DNA of 64,000 nucleotides from an uncultured Actinomycetes bacterium (GCA_964640385.1 CAZXFL010000003.1:100725-164724); one strand, 5' to 3'; positions 1 to 9,455 are shown, counted from the stretch's first letter. Program-made: numbers and translations. The notes: generated from the letters alone by a model not told the origin.

Positions 1-67
1 GGCCCGTTAGTCATACTGTCGCGGTGGCGGCGGATGCCTCCGCCGCATTCGGACGGACCAAGGAGGC

Positions 68-430
68 TTGGACATGAGCGACGCGCAGGTAAAGAGCCAC
101 GATTCTCCCGACGAGACGCGCAAGTTCACCGACAAGGGGCAGGTGGAGATCGTGAAGCTCGCGAGCGGAACGGTCGGGCGCGGAACCTTCGAGCCGGGCT
201 GGCGCTGGTCCGACCACGTCAAGCCCATCGCGAAGACCGATTCTTGCCAGTCCCTCCACATCGGCTACGTCGTTTCCGGACGTATGAACGCTGTGATGGA
301 CGACGGCAGCGAGTTCGAGATGGGCCCAGGTGACGCCGTCTACATCCCGCCGGGACACGATGCCTGGACGGTGGGCGATGAGTCCTGCGTCATGTTCGAC
401 TTCTCGGGTATGGAGGACTACGCGAAGTAG
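68..430 (+). CDS. cupin domain protein (120 aa)
   Basis: Intact ORF with an AGGAGG RBS. Small cupin-like beta-barrel sequence (GDAVYIPPGHDAWTVGDESCVMFDF). A truncated duplicate of its 5' part lies at 6674-6832. Confidence 0.55.
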   Translation: MDMSDAQVKSHDSPDETRKFTDKGQVEIVKLASGTVGRGTFEPGWRWSDHVKPIAKTDSCQSLHIGYVVSGRMNAVMDDGSEFEMGPGDAVYIPPGHDAWTVGDESCVMFDFSGMEDYAK

Positions 431-1315
431 GGACAGAACCCCAGTTCAGCGGACGCGGTCCCGTCGGCTATCACCCAACCCGACGATGAAGAGCCCGACG
501 GCGATGAGGAGCACCGACACTTCGAACGCGACGCGAACGCCATCGCTTAGCTGGGGCGCGCGACGAGGGATCACCCTCCGATCCGATCCTTCGTCACGGC
601 GTGAGCGTAGCAGTACGACGTTCCGGAACTTCAGAGCGGTCGAACCGGCGCCGCGATGGGTGCCGAACTAGCCTCGCCAAGCCTTCGCTCGGAACCGCGT
701 AGGTACTCACCACTATGGGCAGGTGCCGCCTAGAAGAGGGAGTTGCTTGATCACAGGGTTGTCATCCTGGGGTCTTGCCGTGAAGGTTGCGCACACCGGA
801 AGTCCCGCCGAGACCAGCCCCCGTTGAACTGGGTGAACTTTCGAGGCGCTTGTGGGTATGGCGAGGTCCCGGGGCGACATGGTCTGAACCTGACTGATGC
901 GTTCCCCTCCTCCACCGTGTCGGCGCCATTGAACGTGGCGGGGTTGTAGGCAAGAGCGACGCCATCGGTTGGGGCGACACTGACCTTGACCGGCGGGCCT
1001 CGACGGACGACAACGAGGACCTTGAAGCGGGTCCACGATCCCGCCGGTGGTCCGCTCGTCTCGAGATAGAGGAACCAGACCCTTCCGAGCTTCAAGGCGT
1101 CCTCTCGCCAATCGTGAGCGAGTTCGCCGTACACGCTGGTCCTGCACTTGCGTACGAACGTCGTTGGATCGGAGTCGCGGGGGACCGGCCGCGCCGAAGA
1201 CGTGGTCGGCAAGATCAGAAGTAGTCCGAGGGCAAGCGCGACCGCTCTGACCATAGCTACGAAGGTAGGCCGCTGCCGGCGGGGAACGCAAGCTAGCTGG
1301 TAAATCAAGCGCGCC

Positions 1316-2546
1316 TCACCGATCGAAGACAGCCAACACATCGCGACCGCCGGCTAGGTGGACGGATCCGATCAGCGTCCCGGTCGAAGGGTTCCGCGCC
1401 TCGATCGCATCACCGGTAGCCAGGTACAGCATCTTGCCGTCGCTCGCGAGATGGACGTCGTAGAGCTGCTGATCGGCTACCCACATCGGCCCAGGAGCCG
1501 ACGTGCCGGCGTCGAACGCTGCGACCTGGGACCCTCCGCTCACGTAGAGAACCCCGTTCGGGGCGATCGATGCCGACGCGGATCCCGGGGACTCCGGCGA
1601 GGGCAGGTTCGCTGCCACCGTCGTCTCGACCGAGAACCTGCGCGTGTTGATCGTGGCGATCTTGCCGGTCGTTGCGTCGGTGATGACCAGGTGCTCCCCG
1701 TCCGCGGAACCGGCCATCGCCTTCGCACCCGGAGGGCTGGCCCCGAACGGCGCGGGGAGGTCGATGCAGTGAGCCCAGCGCTCCTTAAGGTTCAGCGCGT
1801 GGACGAATGTGAGCGGTTCCCTGCCCGCGACCTGGTTCGTGTACAGGGTGTAGAGCACCGTTCGGTCGGGTGCCCAAACCTGTTGCAGCCGCACTCCTTG
1901 CATCGCCGCCGGAGGGACCTTGGCCGAAGGGACCCTGTCGGGACTAGCGATGGGAAGCACCCGTCCTGAGGCAAGGCCCAGCTGCATCACGCGGTAGCGG
2001 GTCGGCGCCTCGGCCGGCAGGTACTGGATGAGGAACAGGAACTCGCCATCGGTCGAGAACGCCTCGGGTTCGAAGTTACCCTCGAGGTCGAGGTGCAAAG
2101 GGGGGTCATCCCCGGTCGTGTCGACGACGTCGATCGGCGTGGCGGTTCGCCCCGTCGGTACGTCAGGATAGGTTGCGACCCCTTCGGGGATGAGCGCGAC
2201 GAGTCCGCCTTCCGCTGCGGCGATCGGAATCGTCCCGGTCGGGGCTGGAGCGGAAGCGCGAACCTTCCCCGTGCGGGCATCGATCGCCCGGAGAGAGCCG
2301 CCGGCATCAGTCGCGTACACGATCGACCGGTCTGGTGATGCAACCGCGTCCGGGGCGTCGAACAGTACCTCCCCGGTGGCAGCATCGAGTCCCGTCAGCC
2401 CCCTCCCGGTGCCCACGAGCAGGATCCCCCCACCTGGGATGCCAGGATCGTCCGGCCCCTCACCGGAGGCCTGTGCCGCGATCCCGGAGCAGGCAGGGGC
2501 CAGGAGGAGCACCAGTGCGGCTGTGATCGTTCGATGGGTATTCATC
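1316..2546 (-). CDS. secreted beta-propeller-like repeat protein
   Basis: N-terminal signal/lipobox-like peptide MNTHRTITAALVLLLAPACSG. Repeated xxDGxxLYxxxG beta-strand blades. The 811-aa ORF in the track is an artifact that extends through the opposite-strand sigma gene; the real start is the ATG at 2546. Confidence 0.5.
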
Positions 2547-2637
2547 AGTAGGGAGACACCCCCCGGCGCCGATCGGTTCCATATGCGGAACCCCGGAGGC
2601 CCGGCCGGTGTAGAAACGGCAGGTGGAGGGCTGACCA

Positions 2638-3180
2638 CTGGACGACGAGGAACTGATCCTGAAGGCGAAGGGTGGCGACGTGGCCGCGTACGGGCAGCTG
2701 GTCCTGCGGCACCAGGCTGTCGCGTTGCGCGCCGCCGCGCTCGTTGCCGGCGCCGACGCTCCCGATGCCGTCCAGGAAGCTTTCGTGAAGGCCTATGCGG
2801 CGTTGGGCCGGTTCCGGATGGACGCTCCGTTCCGGCCGTGGCTGCTCCGGATCGTGGCGAACGAGTCACGCAACGCGCGCAGGGCGGAGGGACGCCGAGC
2901 GACGCTGCCGACGCGGCTCGCGAGCGAGCGCGGCCCGGGCGATGCAGCCCCATCGCCCGAGGCCACGTTCCTCGATCGCCAGCAGCGCGATGCCCTGTAC
3001 GCAGGGCTTCACCGCCTCGGCGAGCGGGACCGGCTCGTGCTCGGTTATCGCTTCCTGCTCGGGCTTTCGGAGGCCGAGACCGCGGATGCCCTGGAGATCC
3101 GGCGAGGCACGGTGAAGTCCCGCACCAGCCGAGCCCTCGCGCGTCTGCGTGCCCTCCTGGAAGAGGAGGCTCATGTATGA
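2638..3180 (+). CDS. ECF (sigma-70 family) RNA polymerase sigma factor
   Basis: Region 2 (GDVAAYGQLVLRHQ...AFVKAY) and region 4 (LSEAETADALEIRRGTVKSRTSRALARLR) motifs. After the in-frame stop at 2632, the only start candidate upstream of the conserved N-terminus is CTG 2638; GTG 2680 would truncate region 2. Confidence 0.75.
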   Translation: MDDEELILKAKGGDVAAYGQLVLRHQAVALRAAALVAGADAPDAVQEAFVKAYAALGRFRMDAPFRPWLLRIVANESRNARRAEGRRATLPTRLASERGPGDAAPSPEATFLDRQQRDALYAGLHRLGERDRLVLGYRFLLGLSEAETADALEIRRGTVKSRTSRALARLRALLEEEAHV

Positions 3181-3950
3181 GCTGGCGAGCGATGAGCGAT
3201 GAGGAACTGATGGGGGCACTGTCCTCGCTGGAGCCGGATGTGGCGGGGTCGGAGGTCGCCACCGCCGTTGCCCGCCGGATCGCCGGGGGACCCGGACGCG
3301 TGAGCCGGCGTGACGCCTTCGCCCTGTGGCCTCGCGGCCGTCGCCGGTTCGCGGTCGCCCTCGCCGTGTTCGTGCTCGCGACGACCGTGGCCGCGGGTTC
3401 GAAGGTCGTGATCGGAGCGATCCAGATCCAGCGCGCGCCCGAGGCGGCATATGCGCCGTCCACGGTACCGGAAACGGGGCCGAACCTCGGGCGTGCCGTT
3501 ACGCTCGTGGAGGCGGAGGCGCGCGTGAAGTTCCAGATCATGGTTCCCATGGCGCTTGGCGACCCGGACGCCGTGTTCCTCGACCATGCCGCTTCGCGGG
3601 TGTCGATGACGTGGCTGCCTCGTTCAGACCTCCCAAGGATCGCCGGGACCCCGTGGGGCGCGATCCTGATCGAGTTCGGCGGCGACGACATCCTCGCCGT
3701 TAAGCAGGTTCCCACCGAAGGTTCACCGGAGGCTATCGACATCGCGGGCACGCGCGGCTATTGGCTCGAGGGACCGCACACGCTGCAACTTGCCGACGGA
3801 ACCGCGCTGCGAGTCAGCGGAAACGTCGTGATCCTGGAGCGCGATGGCACGACCCTGCGACTAGAAACCGTCCTCGACCGAGCCGGTGCTATCCGTACAG
3901 CCGCATCCATGGAGCCGATCCCCTCGGAGAGCGGCGACGGGTATCCATAA
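3177..3950 (+). CDS. anti-sigma factor, single-pass membrane protein
   Basis: Its ATG overlaps the sigma gene's TGA stop (ATGA). A short cytoplasmic N-terminus, one TM helix (FAVALAVFVLATTVAAG), then an extracytoplasmic domain. This is the typical partner position for an ECF sigma factor. Confidence 0.6.
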   Translation: MSWRAMSDEELMGALSSLEPDVAGSEVATAVARRIAGGPGRVSRRDAFALWPRGRRRFAVALAVFVLATTVAAGSKVVIGAIQIQRAPEAAYAPSTVPETGPNLGRAVTLVEAEARVKFQIMVPMALGDPDAVFLDHAASRVSMTWLPRSDLPRIAGTPWGAILIEFGGDDILAVKQVPTEGSPEAIDIAGTRGYWLEGPHTLQLADGTALRVSGNVVILERDGTTLRLETVLDRAGAIRTAASMEPIPSESGDGYP

Positions 3951-4021
3951 GCCGGCATCTTCGGCGACCGGCCCGACAAGGGACGGAATGGGTGATCGCG
4001 GTGATATCGGATCGTGAGGGT

Positions 4022-5557
4022 CTACGGCGGCAGTTGGAACTGAGGGTCGGGGGGAGGCGGGCTGCAGAGTTGCGTCACGCGCGCTCGCATCGCGGTCAAC
4101 GTACTCGCATGATCCGGGTCCGACGCAAGGTTGTGCAATTCGTAGGGATCGTCCGAAAGATCGTAGAGTTCCTCGCCGCTCCTCCCGTACCACATGTACG
4201 CGAAGTCCTCGGATCGGATCCCGCACATCGTCGGGACGTGGTGGCGCCCCCGGCCGTCGTCCAGATGCTCCAGGAGGAAGTCGGTTCGCCAGCTGGATGG
4301 GCCTTGGCCATCGAGCAGCGGCAGGAGACTGCTCCCGTCCCAGGGACCCGGCGGGACGAGCCCCGCGGCATCCATGATCGTCGGCGCGACATCGATGTTG
4401 ACCACCAGGTCGTGTCGGTCCCCCGGCGTCTCGATCATCCGGTCGTACCTGATGTACATCGGCACATGGATGGCTTCCTCGTACGGAACGCCCTTCCAGA
4501 CCCAGCGGTGCTCCCCGAAGAGGAAGCCGTTGTCGGACATGTAGACGATCATCGTGTTGGCCAATGCCTTCTCGCGCCGGAGTGCGTCAAGGAGCTTGCC
4601 AACCGCCGTATCGAGGCCGATCAGCGCCCTCTTCTGCTCGCGGAAGCGCCGATCCATCCGTTCTCGGGCGTTCGCGCTCAAGCGCGGGATGTCGGCGGCG
4701 TGGGGCGGCTTGTCGGACATGTCCAGCTCGTTGAAATTCGGCGAGCGCTCGATCCGGATCGATCTCGATCGCCGCTTGTCACCGGGGGCGGGCACCACGG
4801 GTCCGTGGGGTGCGTTCGGCGCGAAGTAGAGGAAGAAGGGATCCCCACCGTGATCGACCTCGATGAACTTGACTGCCTGCCGGGTCAGCACGTTCGTCGA
4901 ATAGTCGCCGGGCTCATGCCCGAAGGACTCGATGGCCGGGGTCCCGGCGCCATCGGAGATGAGTTGGTCGAAGCCGTAGTACTTGGACGCGTCTTCGGCA
5001 AGCCCGTACCAGCGATCCCAGCCCGGCGGGACATACATCGTGGTGTGAGCGGGTTCCATGTAGCCGTTCAGGTATTTCCCGAACAGTGCCGTGTCATAGG
5101 TCGGTGTGAGCCAGGTCGCCAATGTCGAGGAGTCATCGAAGGAAGCGAACCCGCCGAAGGGACCAAGATTCTGATAGGTACCGTTGCCATGCGAATACAG
5201 GCCGGTCAGGATGCTCGCCCGGCTGGGGCAGCAAAGCGAGTTCGAGATGAACGCGTTCTCAAACCTGACCCCCTTGTCGCCGATGAGGTGGCGAACGTTC
5301 GGCATGACGTTCATAGTGTCGAAGCGTTGATCATCCGAGAGGATGAGCACGATGTTGGGCGATCCGCTCGGCAGGTGACGTCTCTGGGCCGCCGAGGGCG
5401 CCTCCGCCTGAGCCTGAACGAGGCCAGCGGTAAGGACGAGTAGGGCGGATGTAACCGCCGTGGAGACCCTAGCCGCGCTCAGGTCCGGGTCCGGGTCGGT
5501 GCCGCATGCACCGCGCAAGACTACAAGGGCGGTCAGGCGCGGCTCGGCTCGCACCAT
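4022..5557 (-). CDS. type I sulfatase (formylglycine-dependent arylsulfatase family)
   Basis: Canonical C-x-P-S-R sulfatase signature (SLCCPSRASILTGLY) and an N-terminal signal region. The exact start within the first ~40 codons is uncertain. Confidence 0.85.
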   Translation of the reverse strand: MVRAEPRLTALVVLRGACGTDPDPDLSAARVSTAVTSALLVLTAGLVQAQAEAPSAAQRRHLPSGSPNIVLILSDDQRFDTMNVMPNVRHLIGDKGVRFENAFISNSLCCPSRASILTGLYSHGNGTYQNLGPFGGFASFDDSSTLATWLTPTYDTALFGKYLNGYMEPAHTTMYVPPGWDRWYGLAEDASKYYGFDQLISDGAGTPAIESFGHEPGDYSTNVLTRQAVKFIEVDHGGDPFFLYFAPNAPHGPVVPAPGDKRRSRSIRIERSPNFNELDMSDKPPHAADIPRLSANARERMDRRFREQKRALIGLDTAVGKLLDALRREKALANTMIVYMSDNGFLFGEHRWVWKGVPYEEAIHVPMYIRYDRMIETPGDRHDLVVNIDVAPTIMDAAGLVPPGPWDGSSLLPLLDGQGPSSWRTDFLLEHLDDGRGRHHVPTMCGIRSEDFAYMWYGRSGEELYDLSDDPYELHNLASDPDHASTLTAMRARVTQLCSPPPPDPQFQLPP

Positions 5558-5747
5558 ATGGGGGAGTGGAGTCGAACGACGTCAGCTCCACGCAGATGCC
5601 CCGTAGGAGACGGCGGAGCATGAGTGCCCGCCCGACTGTGGCGTGGCCGGCGGACCACGCCTGGCGAAGCTCCTACTTCGGATCCCGCTGACCCCATCCG
5701 GACCTTTTTTCGTGAGGTAACGACCCCTTCGATCCGGACCTATTGAC

Positions 5748-6524
5748 ATGAGGCAACAGGCCTCGAGCGGGCCGGAGAGTGACAGAACCGCAGCTCAGAC
5801 GGTATGGCGATCGTCGGCATCATTGTGGTGGCGAGGCTGGCCCGCTATGGTCTGCGGCGTGAAGCGGACCCCCGCGACGGTGCTGGCAGCCTTGCTGATC
5901 CTCGCGATGGCGTCAGTTCGTGCGGTGTCGGCAGTTCCGACGGGAGCGTCCGATCCCGGACCCACCCTCGTCGGCGCGATCCAGGAGGACTCGAGGTTCA
6001 CGTCACCGTTCACGGGGTATGGCAGCGATGGTCAGGACTGCTACGCCGACCAGAAGGTCTGCCACGGGGGAGCCGGCAGGGTCCTGCAGATCGAGGGTCG
6101 CAGTGTGTGGCGTATCCCGCGAGCTGGCTTCGTCTCGCGGCACGGCTGGAGAGGCCCGTACCTCACCGTGTCCACACCGCCGGCTCCCGGGTCGCCGGCG
6201 AGCGAGCAGATGGCCTGCTGGGTGATGGCCGATCGCACCGACCCCGGGAAAGCTCGAGTCCACCTCGCCGTTCTGGCTCGTTCCGCAGTGGACGCGCCAC
6301 TGTCGACCCTTGCCCAGACCGTCATCCGCGTGGGCAGGAGCGAGCTCGCGCCCTCGTGCGTCCGCTTCCAGCTCACCGACCCATGGGTCGAGTTGAGTTT
6401 CGACGTGTTCGTGCGCAACAACGGTCCGGTGCTGGTCGACGAGGTGATGATCTATCAGGGCGGTCCGGAGCCCTCGCCGATCGACGAATTCGCCGCCCAC
6501 CCGTTCGATACCGGGACGTCCTAG
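5748..6524 (+). CDS. secreted hypothetical protein
   Basis: Long ORF with an internal signal-like segment (TPATVLAALLILAMASVRAVSA). No recognisable domain. The start may be further downstream. Confidence 0.4.
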   Translation: MRQQASSGPESDRTAAQTVWRSSASLWWRGWPAMVCGVKRTPATVLAALLILAMASVRAVSAVPTGASDPGPTLVGAIQEDSRFTSPFTGYGSDGQDCYADQKVCHGGAGRVLQIEGRSVWRIPRAGFVSRHGWRGPYLTVSTPPAPGSPASEQMACWVMADRTDPGKARVHLAVLARSAVDAPLSTLAQTVIRVGRSELAPSCVRFQLTDPWVELSFDVFVRNNGPVLVDEVMIYQGGPEPSPIDEFAAHPFDTGTS

Positions 6525-6673
6525 AGCGCCTGGCCGAAGCCTCGCTCGCATCGACCTCAGACGGCCGATGACCCCGGATCTGGAACGCGATTTGCAAGGT
6601 TAGCCCGCTGGGCATACGGTCGCGGCCGCGGTGGAGACCGCCGCCGCATGTGCGGGGAGAAGGAGGTTCGGAT

Positions 6674-6832
6674 ATGAGTGACGCCCAGGTGAAGAGCCAC
6701 GATTCGCCGGACGAGACGCGGACGTTCGACAACGGCCAAGTGGAGGTCGTGAAGCTTGCGAGCGGAACGGTCGGGCGCGCGACTTTCGAGCCGGGCTGGC
6801 GCTGGTCCGAGCACGTCAAGCCTGCAGCGGCA
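6674..6832 (+). pseudogene. truncated 5' duplicate of the cupin gene at 68-430
   Basis: About 155 bp of nucleotide homology to 74-230, plus about 70 bp of the upstream leader with the same RBS. The reading frame then diverges into unrelated sequence after ...HVKP. Confidence 0.5.
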
Positions 6833-7041
6833 GAGCAAGAGGGCAGGGAAGCAGGCAAAGGTGGCAACGACGCGCTACAAGATGGGGCAGATCTCCTACG
6901 CGGCTTACGGCAAGGTGTACGACAGGTCCGCGGAGGCCTACGACCGGTATTCGGAGGCCTACGATCTGGTCGTCAGGCTCGAGTTCCGCATGTCACAGGC
7001 CGAGGACCGTCTGCGGGGGGCCCTGTTCGGCGGCCGCAGCC

Positions 7042-7581
7042 CTAGGTCGGTGGGACGGCCGTGGGCACCTGGCCCGCTTTGTTAAAGGGCAGGTAGATCA
7101 CGTCGAGGGTGGTCGCTCCAAAGGTTGTCGACGCGAAATCAATGCCCAGCGCCCGGAGCTCGACTTTGTGCATGCCCTTCGCGACCGGCCAGGCGGCATT
7201 CGTGGAGCAGTCCTCCTGCGCATTTGTCGCCGCCGTCAGCTCGATTTGCCGGAGGGAGCTGGATAGGCTCACGTCGTTCAGGAAGATCATGCAGGAGACG
7301 CCCTCGTCGGCGACGAAGTTGCTTACGTCCGACGAGGCGACCATGAAGAGATAGCCGCGCTTCGGTGCGGCGATCGTCGTCGCGGCTGCGACACCGCTCG
7401 TTCCGCTGAGTGCAGTGCCGTCCGTGTGGTCTTCGGCGAGACGGACGAGTTGGTTCGCGTGGTAGCCGTCCACCTTGTGGGCGTTGGCGATGATCGCAAT
7501 CGCCGGTCCCCCGGAGGCGATTAGACCGGCGGCGAAGCCCGCGATGATGGAGCCGGAATGCTTCCTGAGCAGCCGCGTCAT
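7042..7581 (-). CDS. secreted hypothetical protein
   Basis: ORF of 179 aa with an N-terminal hydrophobic signal-like region (SGSIIAGFAAGLIASGGPAIAIIANA). Confidence 0.45.
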   Translation of the reverse strand: MTRLLRKHSGSIIAGFAAGLIASGGPAIAIIANAHKVDGYHANQLVRLAEDHTDGTALSGTSGVAAATTIAAPKRGYLFMVASSDVSNFVADEGVSCMIFLNDVSLSSSLRQIELTAATNAQEDCSTNAAWPVAKGMHKVELRALGIDFASTTFGATTLDVIYLPFNKAGQVPTAVPPT

Positions 7582-7756
7582 CTTAATCTCCTTTCAACGG
7601 TGGCTGTGCGAGTGTGTCACGCCCTGCTGGGAAAGCTCAACGTCGCGACCGGACCCCCATGAACCACTCAAGAGGGAGCGGTGGGCGGACGGCGCCCGTT
7701 TGGGGATTGAGAACCAGCTATGGCGCGTCACACAAGTGGTCTCCGAGACCGCTTCG

Positions 7757-7835
7757 GTGCCCCGGGAGGAATCGAGCCCCCGCCACCCGGTTAGGAAACC
7801 GTTGCTTCTATCGACTGAGCTGCGGGGCCCGGGCC
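7757..7835 (-). other. tRNA-like remnant (pseudo-tRNA)
   Basis: Minus-strand sequence has a GCTCAGTCGATAG D-arm-like segment, a GGGGGCTCGATTCCTCC T-arm-like segment and a 3' ...CGGGGCACC end. The anticodon region forms only a tetraloop hairpin (CGGTT-TCCT-AACCG), so no valid cloverleaf can be drawn. Confidence 0.3.
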
Positions 7836-8003
7836 GGGGGCCAGAGCAACTGGCGCTCTAACGGGGCTCGAGCTCAAGGGCCCTGTCGGCCCTCTACCCT
7901 ATCCTGTCGGCCCTCTGCCCTTTTAAGGAGCGCTTGGCGGGCCCAACCCCACCGGGGCTGCGCAGGGCCCGGAATGAAAAGATTCGCAGGTCAGAGCATA
8001 TTC

Positions 8004-8190
8004 GCGGAGGCGGACGGGATTCGAACCCGCCGGGGAGTTTTCGCCCCCACACCGGTTTTGAAGACTGGTGGGATCCGTCCATGGGGTCTGCGCTAGTCCA
8101 CGCGGGTCCACCCTCAGGCGCAAGTTGTCTACTCGGGTCCACCCTCGTCCGGGCGGGTCCGTGAACGGATGTCTGTAGGGCGTCAGTACG
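8004..8190 (-). repeat. partial copy A of the tRNA(UCA) 3' half, fused to a conserved ~120-bp arm repeat
   Basis: 8004-8064 matches the anticodon-loop-to-3'-end segment of the tRNA at 12005-12096 (TCTTCAAAACCGGTG...GGCGGGTTCGAATCCCGTCCGCCTCCGC). 8065-8190 matches 9651-9780 (GGATCCGTCCATGGGGTCT.CGC.AGTCCACGCGGGTCCAC...GTCAGTACGG). Confidence 0.6.
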
Positions 8191-8427
8191 GGGAGCAGGT
8201 CCAACCCGGGTGGCAAGTCATGATTCGGCGAGCGGACCGACTATTGGGGCCCTGTCGACCGAACCCACCGCTAGGATGCCGAGCATGGCCCGACGCCTCC
8301 TCGTGGCACCCGTCTGGATCGCTGCGTGCGTACTGGCGCTCACGGCTTGCACGGCACGAAGCAAGACCTTCGAACGTGACGGAGCCTCGTTCCAGTACCC
8401 GACTCCTGGAACGCGCAGGCCACGGTC

Positions 8428-8859
8428 GTGGGTGAGAACCCAACCGAGAGCTGTGGGAACGGTTTCTGGTCGGTCAGTTTCGAGACCGGGTCCGCTGCAC
8501 AGGCAGATGTCGTCCTATGTCCAGTCAGCGTCAATCCCGCCGATGAAGAACAGATCGAGAGTCTGATCACCGATGACTTCGATCGGCAGCACCCCAGCGG
8601 GATGGAGTGGACGCTCCGCGACCTCACGGATCGCGAGATGGGCGGGTTGAGAGGGATGTATGGGGAGGCGGAGGTGCTAGCAGGGCGGGGAGCCGAACTC
8701 GGCATCGAGGAAGGGACCCATCATGAGTACAGTGCGATCGCGACGAATAGCGGGAGTGTGGATTGGTACCGGATCGTTTGCACGTTCCCGAATCCCGATC
8801 CTGCCGATGTCGGCCAGGCGTGTCAGGACATGGCCGAGTCGTTCACGGCGGAGGCGTAG
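8428..8859 (+). CDS. hypothetical protein, possibly the frameshifted mature part of a lipoprotein
   Basis: ORF of 143 aa. A lipoprotein signal (MARRLLVAPVWIAACVLALTAC) is encoded in another frame at about 8279-8400 and runs into this ORF. This suggests a frameshift or a sequencing error. Confidence 0.35.
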   Translation: MGENPTESCGNGFWSVSFETGSAAQADVVLCPVSVNPADEEQIESLITDDFDRQHPSGMEWTLRDLTDREMGGLRGMYGEAEVLAGRGAELGIEEGTHHEYSAIATNSGSVDWYRIVCTFPNPDPADVGQACQDMAESFTAEA

Positions 8860-8867
8860 CCAGCTCG

Positions 8868-8935
8868 CTTGAAGTTGTCTACGCCAGTCCACCCTCGTCT
8901 ACGCGGGTCCATGAATGGATGTACTGAGGATCTAG
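8868..8935 (-). repeat. solo copy of the distal part of the arm repeat
   Basis: GTTGTCTACGCCAGTCCACCCTCGTCTACGCGGGTCCATGAATGGATGT matches 8128-8185 and 9708-9775. Confidence 0.5.
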
Positions 8936-8945
8936 CCGAGGTCCA

Positions 8946-9455
8946 TCATTTCGCCGTGACCGCCCAGGTGCCGTGCACGTTGAAGGAGAACGAGCTGCTG
9001 GTGATGTAAGGCGACGTACCCAAGACGAAGCCCCAAGGCGTGACGCCCGCCGACGCCTGGGTCCGAGGGTCAACGAAGACGACGCTTCCCTGAGACCACC
9101 CGCCACCGTAGTAGATGCAAAGGTGGCCGGGCTTGGCGGACGGCTTGCTGACCGTGCCCTGGCATGCCGCTGTCGTCTCACTGGGGCCGAGTACGTGGCC
9201 GACCGGAGTGAAGTTGAGTCGTTGAGGGAACGTCACGGCCTCCAACTGCATGTTCTGGGTCGCACCCGTTGCCTGCATCCCGCTCACGTTGAAGACGCCG
9301 CGCTCGGTCTTCCCGGACGGCAAGGCACCGGCGGCTCGCGGTGCCGGGCCTTCGGTGTCGCTCAGCGAGGTTCCCGCATAGGCGCCGCCGCCGAGGGCGA
9401 GCACAAGGGCCATGGTGGAGACGACGTTCGCGTAGGTGAGCCGGAAACGACGCAT
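8946..9455 (-). CDS. secreted hypothetical protein
   Basis: Signal peptide MRRFRLTYANVVSTMALVLALGGGAYA. Island cargo. Confidence 0.5.
   Translation of the reverse strand: MRRFRLTYANVVSTMALVLALGGGAYAGTSLSDTEGPAPRAAGALPSGKTERGVFNVSGMQATGATQNMQLEAVTFPQRLNFTPVGHVLGPSETTAACQGTVSKPSAKPGHLCIYYGGGWSQGSVVFVDPRTQASAGVTPWGFVLGTSPYITSSSFSFNVHGTWAVTAK

Noticed and set aside
1316-3751. 811-aa minus-strand ORF covering 1316-3751
   Set aside because: Only the C-terminal ~410 aa (from the ATG at 2546, which has a signal peptide) look like a real protein. The rest runs antisense through the ECF sigma and anti-sigma genes and is low-complexity Arg/Pro/Ala. This is a typical high-GC read-through artifact.
2190-3950. 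586-aa plus-strand ORF 2190-3950
   Set aside because: Only its last 257 aa, the anti-sigma factor from ATG 3177, is supported. The upstream part is an alternative frame of the sigma-factor region and antisense of the beta-propeller gene.
7600-8100. tmRNA (ssrA) hypothesis for the tRNA-like 3' ends (GGTTCGATTCC...CCGCCTCC)
   Set aside because: There is no tag-peptide reading frame ending in ...AA-stop. The 3' end lacks the Ala-type G3·U70 acceptor and the CCACCA end. The intact copy has a genuine anticodon stem-loop, which tmRNA lacks.
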